This document shows positions 32,799 to 41,997 of a DNA stretch of 64,000 nt, in pieces; positions within the stretch are counted from its first letter, which is position 1, and the number at the start of each line of letters is the position of its first letter. The notes below the pieces were generated by a model, which saw only the letters and a program-made list of their open reading frames with translations, was not told the DNA's origin and did not search any database. The stretch lies in contig JBEGVH010000010.1 in assembly GCA_041178425.1 (NCBI GenBank), positions 1-64,000 on the forward strand, read 5' to 3'. This stretch comes from Pseudomonadota bacterium (lineage in GTDB: Bacteria; Bdellovibrionota; Bdellovibrionia; Bdellovibrionales; Bdellovibrionaceae). A program made the translations under genes and the position numbers.

Positions 32799-32937
32799 TA
32801 ACGCTCCTTAGCCAAAAATTGGGCACAAATTTAGGTGAGACAATGGTGAAAATCAATGAAATACTGCCACTGCATCGGATTTTATAGTGGATTTCTCAAT
32901 TCTATAGTATCTGATCAATTTTAAAGGTGATTCAGCA

Positions 32938-33807
32938 ATGATTGAACAGAAAATAATTTTTGTGACCGGAAAAGGAGGGGTGGGTAAATCCACGGTGGCC
33001 CTCGCTTTGGCCCAGAATATGGCTGAATCCAAGCGGGTTTTGCTCGTGGAACTAGGCCTCAGAAGCTTTTATGGGGATTTTCTCAATACCACGGTGACCT
33101 ATCAACCGAGGCCATTAAGTAAAAACCTCGATATTGCCCTCTGGTCGGGAGCCGAGTGCCTCAAAGAATATGCTATTCACCTTCTTAAAGTTGAGGCTCT
33201 TTATAACTTATTTTTTGAAAATCGAATTAGCCGAGCCCTCATCGAGGTCGCGCCCGCATTATCCGAACTAGCTATCCTTGGAAAAATTACAAGTGGGATT
33301 CGACAGATCGGACCACCTCTCGATTATGATGCCATAGTCGTCGACTGCTACGCTACAGGCCACATGCTCGCATTATTGCGAGCTCCCAGAGGAATGGCAG
33401 AAGCAGTCAAATTTGGCCCCATGGCAGACCAAACGGCCACAATGTTAGCCTGCATTCGAGATCCCAAAGTTTGCCAATACACCGTCGTCTCGCTTCCTGA
33501 GGAACTTCCTGCCGTTGAAGCTGACGAACTTTTTCGAGAAATAAAGACTGAAGTGGGAATCACCCCGACTCTCATTTGCAATAAAGTTTGGGATACCGAG
33601 GACGAAGTAAAAATTAAGGGGACCCAAGTAAAGAACCTGTCGGCGGCGGAGACGACCTTTATTAATGATCTCAGAGATTTCTCTCAGCGACAGCTTGGAT
33701 GGATTAATTTTCTTCGGCATCGACATCCCGACCTAAAAATTCTACCCATGATCTTCAGCTCTGACAGCGGCATGATCATTAGCAGCCTTCGAGAGGCCTT
33801 AAAATGA
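32938..33807 (+). CDS. ArsA/GET3 family ATPase, subunit A
   Basis: GKGGVGKS, APALSELAILGK, DCYATGH and LPEELPAVE. Confidence 0.85.
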   Translation: MIEQKIIFVTGKGGVGKSTVALALAQNMAESKRVLLVELGLRSFYGDFLNTTVTYQPRPLSKNLDIALWSGAECLKEYAIHLLKVEALYNLFFENRISRALIEVAPALSELAILGKITSGIRQIGPPLDYDAIVVDCYATGHMLALLRAPRGMAEAVKFGPMADQTATMLACIRDPKVCQYTVVSLPEELPAVEADELFREIKTEVGITPTLICNKVWDTEDEVKIKGTQVKNLSAAETTFINDLRDFSQRQLGWINFLRHRHPDLKILPMIFSSDSGMIISSLREALK

Positions 33808-34856
33808 ACTATTTAGACTCAGAAATAATTGTTTGTATCGGTAGCGGGGGTGTCGGTAAGACCACAATATCGGCATCACTAGGAGTATGGGGAGCCCTTG
33901 CCGGTAAAAAAGTTTTGGTTTTAACAGTCGATCCTGCGCGCCGCTTAGCCACAACTTTTGGTCTTAAAGCTGATGGCAGCGACCAGAGAATTGATTTTCC
34001 AGAGGCCCCAGGAGAACTATGGGCCAGCGTCCTTAATTCAAAACAAACTTTCGATGATTTCGTCAGAAAAGTCGCCAACAAAGGGATAGATCCTAACCCT
34101 ATTCTTCAAAATAAACTTTATCAACAACTCTCGACCACTCTCAGCGGATCTCAGGAGTTCACATCACTAGAAAAACTCTTCTCGGCATTCGAAAGTAAAA
34201 AGTATGACCTCATCATACTGGATACTCCACCTACAAAACATGCCATTGATTTTTTAAGAGCTCCCCAGAAAATATCATTTTTATTTAGTGAACCCATTGC
34301 CAAGTGGTTCAAACAATCCCGTGCAACTAATATTGTGCAACAGATTGTTCAGCTTGGGACCCAAAAGGTTCTCCAGGCACTTCAGACTCTCACCGGCTCC
34401 GAATTTGTAATGGAACTAAAGGATTTTTTTGTTAGCATAGATAGCTGGCAGGAACGCCTCGAAGAAAGAACCCAGAAAGTTAACCGGCTTCTCCTAAGCG
34501 AAAAAACCGTATTCAATTTGGTGACCGCCTTTGATGCAGCAAAAATCGAAGAAGCAAAGGCCTTTGCCATTGAAATTAAAAAAAATGGATATAATTTAAA
34601 ATTAGTTACAATTAACAGGTCCTATCCCAATTGGCTCCCCAAACCCTTTAACTCGGGGAGTAAAGCCGATTTGTTTTGCATGAAGTTAAATGCCTATTAC
34701 GCGAATCGATTGAAGTCGCTCGAATTACTTTCTGGTTCCATTAAAGATTTGGATATTTTAATGTTACCAGAGTATGATCAAGACATTGCTGATCTAGAGG
34801 GACTTCGCCAACTTGTAAGGGACTACAAATGGATCGAACCAAATCCGCCAACCTAG
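33804..34856 (+). CDS. ArsA/GET3 family ATPase, subunit B
   Basis: GSGGVGKT, TVDPARRL, SGSQEF and DTPPTKHA. Confidence 0.88.
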   Translation: MNYLDSEIIVCIGSGGVGKTTISASLGVWGALAGKKVLVLTVDPARRLATTFGLKADGSDQRIDFPEAPGELWASVLNSKQTFDDFVRKVANKGIDPNPILQNKLYQQLSTTLSGSQEFTSLEKLFSAFESKKYDLIILDTPPTKHAIDFLRAPQKISFLFSEPIAKWFKQSRATNIVQQIVQLGTQKVLQALQTLTGSEFVMELKDFFVSIDSWQERLEERTQKVNRLLLSEKTVFNLVTAFDAAKIEEAKAFAIEIKKNGYNLKLVTINRSYPNWLPKPFNSGSKADLFCMKLNAYYANRLKSLELLSGSIKDLDILMLPEYDQDIADLEGLRQLVRDYKWIEPNPPT

Positions 34857-36028
34857 TTTTCTTTTGCTGCGTATTTTTTTTGACGGTCTTCCTCTCAATA
34901 GGATGTTCCACGCTCAATGTTTTTGGACTTAATTCCCTAATGGGTTTCGATACCGCAACTCACTACGATGAAGACGAAACTAAACTTCGAATTTGGGAAG
35001 CCGAAATTGAAAAAAAGAACTATCAAACTGTCACTCAAGAGATTGTAGCCTTTCTAAAACATAACCCGGCCTCCCAACACTGGTATGCTATCCTCTTTAC
35101 CTTAGGCAGAGCAAAGGAAGGTATGGAGGATTGGCAAGGGGCTATCGAAAGTTATCGTGAAATCATACAACGATCTACAGATAAACAAATGGAATTTGTG
35201 GCATTAGCCTCTTACCGTATTGCCTATTGCAATGAAGTTCTTCTCGAAAATGAAAAAGCCCTGGCCGCTTTAAGTGATGCTTATAAACTCAAGCAGTATT
35301 TGCCCATCGAAATCAGTTTGGCAGAAATTCCTGCAAGGATTGCCTCAATTCACTCCAGAATGAATCAAGGCCATTTGGCCGATTCCTACACTACCCGAGC
35401 AGAAAAAGGACTGACAAAGCTAAAAGCAATCAAAAAAGGGTCGGACCCAGAATGGGTCAGTCGAACTCTCGTTCGGATGGGAAGCATTTCACTTAGCCAA
35501 ATCGATTCAGAAAGTTTTCGTCAAAGCCTTTCAACGCTTAACCGAAACCAAAAATTCCTTCTTCAGGCGATTGAAGTTAATCATCCAGCCTGGGCGCCTG
35601 CGGCTCAGTCTATGCTACTAAACACTTACACTAATTTATGGCAGTTCATTGAAAATTTCAGGCTTGAAAGCACTTATGATTGGGAAACTGATTTGGTCTC
35701 TCAATCTCAGCAAAAATCCTTCTTTTTAGCAACCTACCTTGAATCATTGGAAAGACTAAAAAGCTATAGACCGCCCGAAGAAACTTCGGTCTACGTAAAA
35801 AGTGCACCCCTCTTTGAGAAACTAAGTATTCTAGAATCCAAGGCTTCATATTTATTGAACTCTGAGATGCTAAAGAAACCATGGAACCTTGATTCAACCT
35901 TGGCCTCTGAGGTCTCCCAGACGCCAGCGGGAGCATCAACTAATTTGAAAGTCCAAACGTTTGAAGCTGATAGCCGTCCAGAGTATATCCCTACGCAGCT
36001 TCCTAAAAAGAAAGTACCAACGAGGTAA
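34829..36028 (+). CDS. TPR-containing lipoprotein
   Basis: Lipobox LSIGC and TPR-like helices (LFTLGRAKEGMEDWQGAIESY; ASYRIAYCNE). Confidence 0.7.
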   Translation: MDRTKSANLVFFCCVFFLTVFLSIGCSTLNVFGLNSLMGFDTATHYDEDETKLRIWEAEIEKKNYQTVTQEIVAFLKHNPASQHWYAILFTLGRAKEGMEDWQGAIESYREIIQRSTDKQMEFVALASYRIAYCNEVLLENEKALAALSDAYKLKQYLPIEISLAEIPARIASIHSRMNQGHLADSYTTRAEKGLTKLKAIKKGSDPEWVSRTLVRMGSISLSQIDSESFRQSLSTLNRNQKFLLQAIEVNHPAWAPAAQSMLLNTYTNLWQFIENFRLESTYDWETDLVSQSQQKSFFLATYLESLERLKSYRPPEETSVYVKSAPLFEKLSILESKASYLLNSEMLKKPWNLDSTLASEVSQTPAGASTNLKVQTFEADSRPEYIPTQLPKKKVPTR

Positions 36029-36031
36029 TTC

Positions 36032-37288
36032 ATGTCACAAACGGTTATTCACGAGAAAATTTGCCTTTCCTCAGAAAAACTTCATTCGTGGTATGAATCA
36101 AAAACTGAAAAGTTAGCTTACCCGATTTATTCGAGTTACGATGTTCGAGACTCGGGTTTTAAGGTTGGAATTGTAGATGCTAACATCTACCCAGCTGGGT
36201 TCAATAACATTTGCCCTTCTGACCTTGAAGAGTGCCCAAAACTCCTGAATACCTATCTAGAGAAACATTACCAATCCAACCCCAAAAGAATCCTCCTTGT
36301 TACCGAAGAACATACCCAAAACTCTTTTTATTGGGAAAATGTAGCCACTATCAAAAAACTTTTCGAAGAAGCTCATTACGAGATTTTAGTTGGTATCCCC
36401 AAAGTCTTAGACGCACCTTTGGAGGTGACGTCAGCGAGTGGAAAATTATTAACTATTCACTCTGCCTTTCCTGATAATCCACATGTTATCCAATTCAATC
36501 CTGATTTGATTGTTAGCAATAATGACTTTTCTGATGCCAAAGACAACTGGGCCCAGAGAATTGCCCTCCCGATTAATCCACCTCGTGAACTCGGATGGTA
36601 TCAAAGAAAGAAAAGTAACTTTTTTAAATTTTATAACGAGCTAGTAGAAGAGTTCTGTGCCATCGCGGATCTAGATCCTTTCCTTTTGCGCGTTAAAACA
36701 GAAGAATTCAGGGACTTTGATATCACCAATGATGAAAGCGTAAACTTAGTCGCCGAAAGAATTGATCGAATGATTGACGAACTCAAAGTCGAATACACTG
36801 AGCGCGATATTAAAAGAGATCCATTTATCTTTGTAAAAAACAACTCTGGCACTTACGGCCTTGCAGTTTTGAAAGTCAGCTCAGGAGAGGAATTTAAGAG
36901 CCTAAACTATAAATCAAGAAAAAAAATGAAGGCCGCAAAAGGCGGCAGAGATGTCGAAGAAGTTGTGATTCAAGAGGGAATCCCATCCGTGATTCGCGCC
37001 GAAGAGGCCACTGCAGAGCCAGTCATCTACATGATCGGTTGCCGATTGGCTGGCGGATTCTTTAGAACCCACAAGGAGAAATCAGAAAGTGAAAGTCTCA
37101 ATAGTCCGGGAGCGGTCTACAAGAGAATGTGTATATCAGATCTCGCTTTTCGACAAAATGAGTGTCCTAGCGAAAATGTCTACGGATGGACTTCTAAACT
37201 CGCTCTTCTCGCAATTGCTCACGAAGCCGATCTTATGAACGTGACGTTTAAAGATTTCGTCTTGGCGAGTTGTTCCGATTCAAAATAG
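36032..37288 (+). CDS. gshA: glutamate-cysteine ligase (GshA family)
   Basis: PIYSSYDVRDSGFK, DANIYPAGFNN, FVKNNSGTYG, IQEGI, AEPVIY, GGFFR and LNSPG. Confidence 0.85.
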   Translation: MSQTVIHEKICLSSEKLHSWYESKTEKLAYPIYSSYDVRDSGFKVGIVDANIYPAGFNNICPSDLEECPKLLNTYLEKHYQSNPKRILLVTEEHTQNSFYWENVATIKKLFEEAHYEILVGIPKVLDAPLEVTSASGKLLTIHSAFPDNPHVIQFNPDLIVSNNDFSDAKDNWAQRIALPINPPRELGWYQRKKSNFFKFYNELVEEFCAIADLDPFLLRVKTEEFRDFDITNDESVNLVAERIDRMIDELKVEYTERDIKRDPFIFVKNNSGTYGLAVLKVSSGEEFKSLNYKSRKKMKAAKGGRDVEEVVIQEGIPSVIRAEEATAEPVIYMIGCRLAGGFFRTHKEKSESESLNSPGAVYKRMCISDLAFRQNECPSENVYGWTSKLALLAIAHEADLMNVTFKDFVLASCSDSK

Positions 37289-37291
37289 GGC

Positions 37292-39232
37292 CTATTTCTT
37301 ACGAGCTTTGCTCTGACGTTTCTTTTTGTAGTAAGCACTACTTGCTATTTCAAAGGACTTAGGAACATAAAGCTTTAGAGATCGACAGTTTATATCTCCA
37401 CCTAACAATGGTAAATTTTCAAAAACCAAACCTTTTTTATCTGAGTGTGTGCCCGTCACTCGCATAAATGATGGCATCGGTTGCAACCTCCTTACAAATC
37501 CTAAGTCGGTCTTGGGGCCATGCGTGTAAAAATATGGAACAACTCTCTTTGACCCCTGATAAAAACGATAGGTGTTGGCATAGCCATAATAATCATTCAC
37601 CACCTGAGTTGCGACCTCTAAAGCCTTTTTGTAACCAACGGGGTTTGGACACAAAACTTTTCTTTGAGCAGGATCTAATTCAGACCCAACGGGAGCCGAT
37701 ATTGAAGTTTTGAAATCTTGGGGGTAGCCGAGATCCTTGGGCCACTGAATCCAACGAGCAACCTCAAATTCCTGGGTGCGACCTATCTTCCAAACGGAAA
37801 ACTGAATAGGTCTTGAAACCACCTGCGCTGGAGTTGTCATACCAATGATTTCAGGATTGGCATGACTCTGCCTAATTCGGCCAAAATCTGAAGCTCCACG
37901 ATCATAAGAACTGAGTGGAGCTATCTCAATCGGCGATAGTTTATTGAGCGTCGTTATTGCGTAATCAATAATGGTGCTAAAAATATTTCTGCGCTGGTTT
38001 TCTTGATCTACGCTTATTGATCTCGCCGCAATGACAGCGCCAATGGCTTCGAACTGATTGGCTCCCGCCGCTTGACAGCTTTCAGCCTCACCATAAATAG
38101 TTCGCGCGACGCCGTCGATAGATTTCTCTAAATCAGTACCCTCTTGACCTCTCCAAACAAAGTGATCAAAGGCATTTTCTAAAACTCTCTCCTGAGTGAG
38201 AACATAGTTAAAGAGCTTGGCTTCGGGGGTCGACTCTTGTTTCGCTTTTTCGTCTGTTTGAGCCTGTTTTAGAATTATTTTATAATTAGGATCATTGCGC
38301 ATCCAAGCTACGACCAATGGCAGGGTCAAACCGTTTCGACTGAATAAGAAGTCTTCAATGGACCTTAAATAAAAATGATCCACGAGTTGTTGACCAACAC
38401 CTGAAGACCCTGCACTCAAACGCGGATAGTTCACCCGATTCAATGCCGGCAACCTGGGAAGCACATCAGCTTCGAACTCTTCCGGAGTTATCAGGTGAGA
38501 CTCACTAGCCCATTCTTTTAATAGTTTCTTATAGCGACCGGTCATCTCAAGACAGTTTTTACACTTTTCTGGAATAATCTTCGAACGGAAAAATCGCTCT
38601 AATTCAATCCATTGCCCGATCGTACGAGGATCGAGAGGCGTGCTGCCGATGGAAGCCTCCTGAATGTGGTCATAAAAGTCTCCCAACGCATCTTTTACTC
38701 TTTCAGAGTCGACCGCGACCCTCAGCCGATTAACTTTCTGGAGGTGCTCCTCTTGATGGGAAACCTGCTCACCTAAGTATTTTATTAGGCTCTGCAAATC
38801 TAATTTATCAGTTTCATCTTCAACTTGATAGCCAGGACGATAGGGGCCATCTACCTCAGCCAAGGCCAAGTGCCCTGAAGCACCACTGAGATACTCCGCA
38901 ACTTTATTTAGGGCTTCTGGGCGCTCCTTTTCAAGAAATTGAAAAATCGAATCAAAATCATCGAGCACTGGCTTTAGAACGATCAAATCATAAATGAGGC
39001 TCGTGGTATCATAATTCCATTTTATCTGAATAAGGTTATGCTCGAGACCAAACTTTTTGATGGCTCCCTTCGCGAGGGCAACATTTTTATAATCTTTGAG
39101 TGACTGATCAAAGGATTCAGACCGATCGAGAAGGCATTGCCCATACTCAAAGCCAAAGGAGGGCATTGACGTTAACGTCAGGCCGAAGGCAGCCAACATA
39201 ACCCCAATAAAGGACCGCACCCTCATCTGCAC
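37292..39232 (-). CDS. exported protein with a SleB/CwlJ-like (Hydrolase_2) cell wall hydrolase domain
   Basis: Signal peptide; VARTIYGEAES, AIGAVIAAR and QVVSRPIQFSVW. Confidence 0.6.
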   Translation of the reverse strand: MQMRVRSFIGVMLAAFGLTLTSMPSFGFEYGQCLLDRSESFDQSLKDYKNVALAKGAIKKFGLEHNLIQIKWNYDTTSLIYDLIVLKPVLDDFDSIFQFLEKERPEALNKVAEYLSGASGHLALAEVDGPYRPGYQVEDETDKLDLQSLIKYLGEQVSHQEEHLQKVNRLRVAVDSERVKDALGDFYDHIQEASIGSTPLDPRTIGQWIELERFFRSKIIPEKCKNCLEMTGRYKKLLKEWASESHLITPEEFEADVLPRLPALNRVNYPRLSAGSSGVGQQLVDHFYLRSIEDFLFSRNGLTLPLVVAWMRNDPNYKIILKQAQTDEKAKQESTPEAKLFNYVLTQERVLENAFDHFVWRGQEGTDLEKSIDGVARTIYGEAESCQAAGANQFEAIGAVIAARSISVDQENQRRNIFSTIIDYAITTLNKLSPIEIAPLSSYDRGASDFGRIRQSHANPEIIGMTTPAQVVSRPIQFSVWKIGRTQEFEVARWIQWPKDLGYPQDFKTSISAPVGSELDPAQRKVLCPNPVGYKKALEVATQVVNDYYGYANTYRFYQGSKRVVPYFYTHGPKTDLGFVRRLQPMPSFMRVTGTHSDKKGLVFENLPLLGGDINCRSLKLYVPKSFEIASSAYYKKKRQSKARKK

Positions 39233-39370
39233 CTCTTCTGTATCGCTTCAAATTGAGACTCCGCGACAACTTTAGGGGGAGCAAAAAATAGGCCAAACCA
39301 GACCCTTGATCTTGCCTTTCCGAGGCATTGCCTCTAAACGTAAAGAATACCCTTGAGGAACGAGGAAATA

Positions 39371-40753
39371 ATGATTCCAGTGATTTTATCCGGCGGAAGT
39401 GGCACCCGCCTTTGGCCATTATCTAGAACTAAACTACCAAAGCAATTCTGTGACATTTTTGGGGCATCACTGCACACCCTCACCGTTCAGCGACTTTTAA
39501 AGTTAAATCAGCCCTGGATTGTCACTTCTGAGTCCCTGCGTGATTTAACGTTGCGCGAAGGCAAAGCCTTGGGTTTAAACAAAACACAATTTATTTTTGA
39601 ACCAATGGCGCGAAATACGGCACCAGCAATAGCCCTTCTTTGCCTCATTTTAAAGAAAAATGGTTTATCAGAGCGCGTTGTTGGTGTGTTTCCGGCGGAT
39701 CACCTCATCGAAAAAGAACTTAACTTTCATGCTGCGCTTGAGCTCGCCAGTCAGGAGGCGGAGGCTGGGCACATAGTCACTCTCGGTATTCAACCAATAT
39801 TTCCTGCAACCGGTTATGGCTACATTCAGATTGACCAAACATCGGTTCGAGCAGCCCACGGAATTTCTAGTTACACAGTTAAAAAATTTCATGAAAAACC
39901 CAATCTTGAAACGGCCCTCTCTTTTATTGAAGCAAAAAACTATTTTTGGAATGCGGGCATTTTTGTTTTCAAGGTTGAAGAGATGATCAGAGCTTTCATT
40001 AAGCACCAACCTCAGATGTGGAATGCAATTAATCTTCTTAGAGATGACTTATCTAATTTGCGTGAGGTCTACGAATCATTAGAAGGCATCAGTATCGACT
40101 ACGCCATCATGGAAAAACTTGATAAAGAAATCCTGACCTGCATTCCCTGTGATATTGGCTGGAGCGATGTGGGATCTTGGGATGCTATCAGCGAAATTCT
40201 AGGTTCAACGAAAAATCCAAACGTACAAGTTCGTTCGGAAAATAATTTTGTTTTTTCAAATCTAGAAAAAAAATATGCGTTCATTGAGTCAAACGACCTA
40301 CTCGTTATTGATACGAAAGATGCATTATTGATTTCAAAGAAAGGCTCTTCTCAGTTAGTAAAAGACGTCTATGAGTCGATGAGCCTGCGCTTTCCGAAGC
40401 TCGTCACTGATCACGTTTTTGAATATCGTCCTTGGGGTCAGTACGAAATTCTTAAAGATACAGAAGTCTTCAAATCGAAAGTGATCGAAGTACTTCCTCA
40501 TGAGCAGCTTTCGTACCAAAGCCACACAAAGAGAGAAGAACACTGGATTGTCACTAGAGGCGAGGGTGAAGTTGTCCTGAACGATGACATCGTGCCCGTT
40601 AAAAAGGGTAGCTACGTTAAGATTCCGCTCGGCAGTAAACACCGCATGAGAAACACCGGATCAGAGGTTTTGGAATTCATCGAAGTCCAACTGGGCAGTT
40701 ATTTTGGAGAGGACGACATTACCCGCTATCAGGATGACTACCAGAGACAATGA
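39371..40753 (+). CDS. manC: mannose-1-phosphate guanylyltransferase / mannose-6-phosphate isomerase (start moved to 39371)
   Basis: MIPVILSGGSGTRLWPLSR, EPMARNTAPA, WNAGIF, SIDYAIME, WSDVGSW and the RPWG cupin tail. Confidence 0.95.
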   Translation: MIPVILSGGSGTRLWPLSRTKLPKQFCDIFGASLHTLTVQRLLKLNQPWIVTSESLRDLTLREGKALGLNKTQFIFEPMARNTAPAIALLCLILKKNGLSERVVGVFPADHLIEKELNFHAALELASQEAEAGHIVTLGIQPIFPATGYGYIQIDQTSVRAAHGISSYTVKKFHEKPNLETALSFIEAKNYFWNAGIFVFKVEEMIRAFIKHQPQMWNAINLLRDDLSNLREVYESLEGISIDYAIMEKLDKEILTCIPCDIGWSDVGSWDAISEILGSTKNPNVQVRSENNFVFSNLEKKYAFIESNDLLVIDTKDALLISKKGSSQLVKDVYESMSLRFPKLVTDHVFEYRPWGQYEILKDTEVFKSKVIEVLPHEQLSYQSHTKREEHWIVTRGEGEVVLNDDIVPVKKGSYVKIPLGSKHRMRNTGSEVLEFIEVQLGSYFGEDDITRYQDDYQRQ

Positions 40754-41997
40754 TGCGAATATCTCAATTCTTACTGATAGGCTGTTTTTTAGGCTTGGTG
40801 GCTTCACAAAGCCTTATGGATTTGTTCTTTGGACTAGCCACGCTTTTTGGAGCCTATCTGCTGCTATTTGTTGATAGGAGAGAATCTAAAGCTATTCCCT
40901 TTCCTCTTTGGCTCCTGCTTGCCGTCCCCTGGATTGCATGGATAGGCGTTGGATTTTATGTAACTCCCGATAGTAGATTCAGCACAAAGGCCATGGGAGA
41001 TTTCATCTGGCTGGCGCAGGTCCCTCTGATTAGTTTGCTTTGGTCAAAGGTCGATCCCAAAAAGGACGTACTAAAGCCTTTTTTAACTATCCTCTCGATT
41101 GTTTGCATTTACGCCATAGCTATCTACTTTCTCGGGTTTGACCCTCTTTATGAGGGATGGGACGCGAGAACCAAGAATTTAGAAACTTTCTGGCGAACTG
41201 GCGGACTATTTTCAAACCCAATGCCACTCGCCCACTCCTATGGCCCTCTAGCACTAATTTTTTTGCCGATCTCTCTTTATTACTTTCAGAAAAAAGATTT
41301 CAAGCTTATTGAAGTACCCCTCAATTTTATACTTTTGATTTTGACAGTACTATTTAGTTTTACAAGGGGCGTATGGATTGCCCTTGCATTAGCCACCATT
41401 TCTGGTGCCTTTATTTTTAAAAAACGGGTCGGTTTGATCGCAATTGCAGTTACTCTTATTGGTGGTGGTTTGATGATGACCGCTTGGCCCAAGTTCCGAG
41501 AACGAACTTTACTCGTCTTTGACTCTCAAAAAAGCTATGATTCAGAGAGAATCATCCTTTGGAAAACAAATTGGAGAATCTTTACTGACAACCCAATCGC
41601 AGGAATAGGATACGGGGAGAATAAACGACGACTCAGAGAATTTTATGACCAATTCAAAGTTCCTCAAGGTCAGTTTGAGGGTCATGCTCACAATCAGTAC
41701 CTGCACTTTTTGGCGGGCACGGGTTTGGTCGGGCTTCTATTTTATGTTATCTGGTGTGGGCTATTTCTAAAGTTAACCCATGAACTTTATGTAGTGAATA
41801 GAGACTCTGGCCATAAAGAATTAAGTTTTTTAATTCTTGGACTATTATTAGCTCAACTTGCTTTTCACTTTGGATCGCTGACTGAGTCGAACTTCTCAAT
41901 TTCCAAGAACAGAATGTTATTGGTTTTTATTTGGGGATTCCTTATTCATCTCAAAAGGCATCCCCATCAACTTCCTGAAAATAATTCTTCACGGTAA
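40750..41997 (+). CDS. O-antigen ligase family protein
   Basis: Multi-TM; SFTRGVWI, ERIILWK, NPIAGIGYG and HAHNQYL (Wzy_C/WaaL). Confidence 0.85.
   Translation: MMRISQFLLIGCFLGLVASQSLMDLFFGLATLFGAYLLLFVDRRESKAIPFPLWLLLAVPWIAWIGVGFYVTPDSRFSTKAMGDFIWLAQVPLISLLWSKVDPKKDVLKPFLTILSIVCIYAIAIYFLGFDPLYEGWDARTKNLETFWRTGGLFSNPMPLAHSYGPLALIFLPISLYYFQKKDFKLIEVPLNFILLILTVLFSFTRGVWIALALATISGAFIFKKRVGLIAIAVTLIGGGLMMTAWPKFRERTLLVFDSQKSYDSERIILWKTNWRIFTDNPIAGIGYGENKRRLREFYDQFKVPQGQFEGHAHNQYLHFLAGTGLVGLLFYVIWCGLFLKLTHELYVVNRDSGHKELSFLILGLLLAQLAFHFGSLTESNFSISKNRMLLVFIWGFLIHLKRHPHQLPENNSSR

Noticed and set aside
32938..34856. Arsenic resistance operon
   Set aside because: No arsB/acr3, arsC, arsR or arsD nearby, and the proteins are single-domain with deviant motifs.
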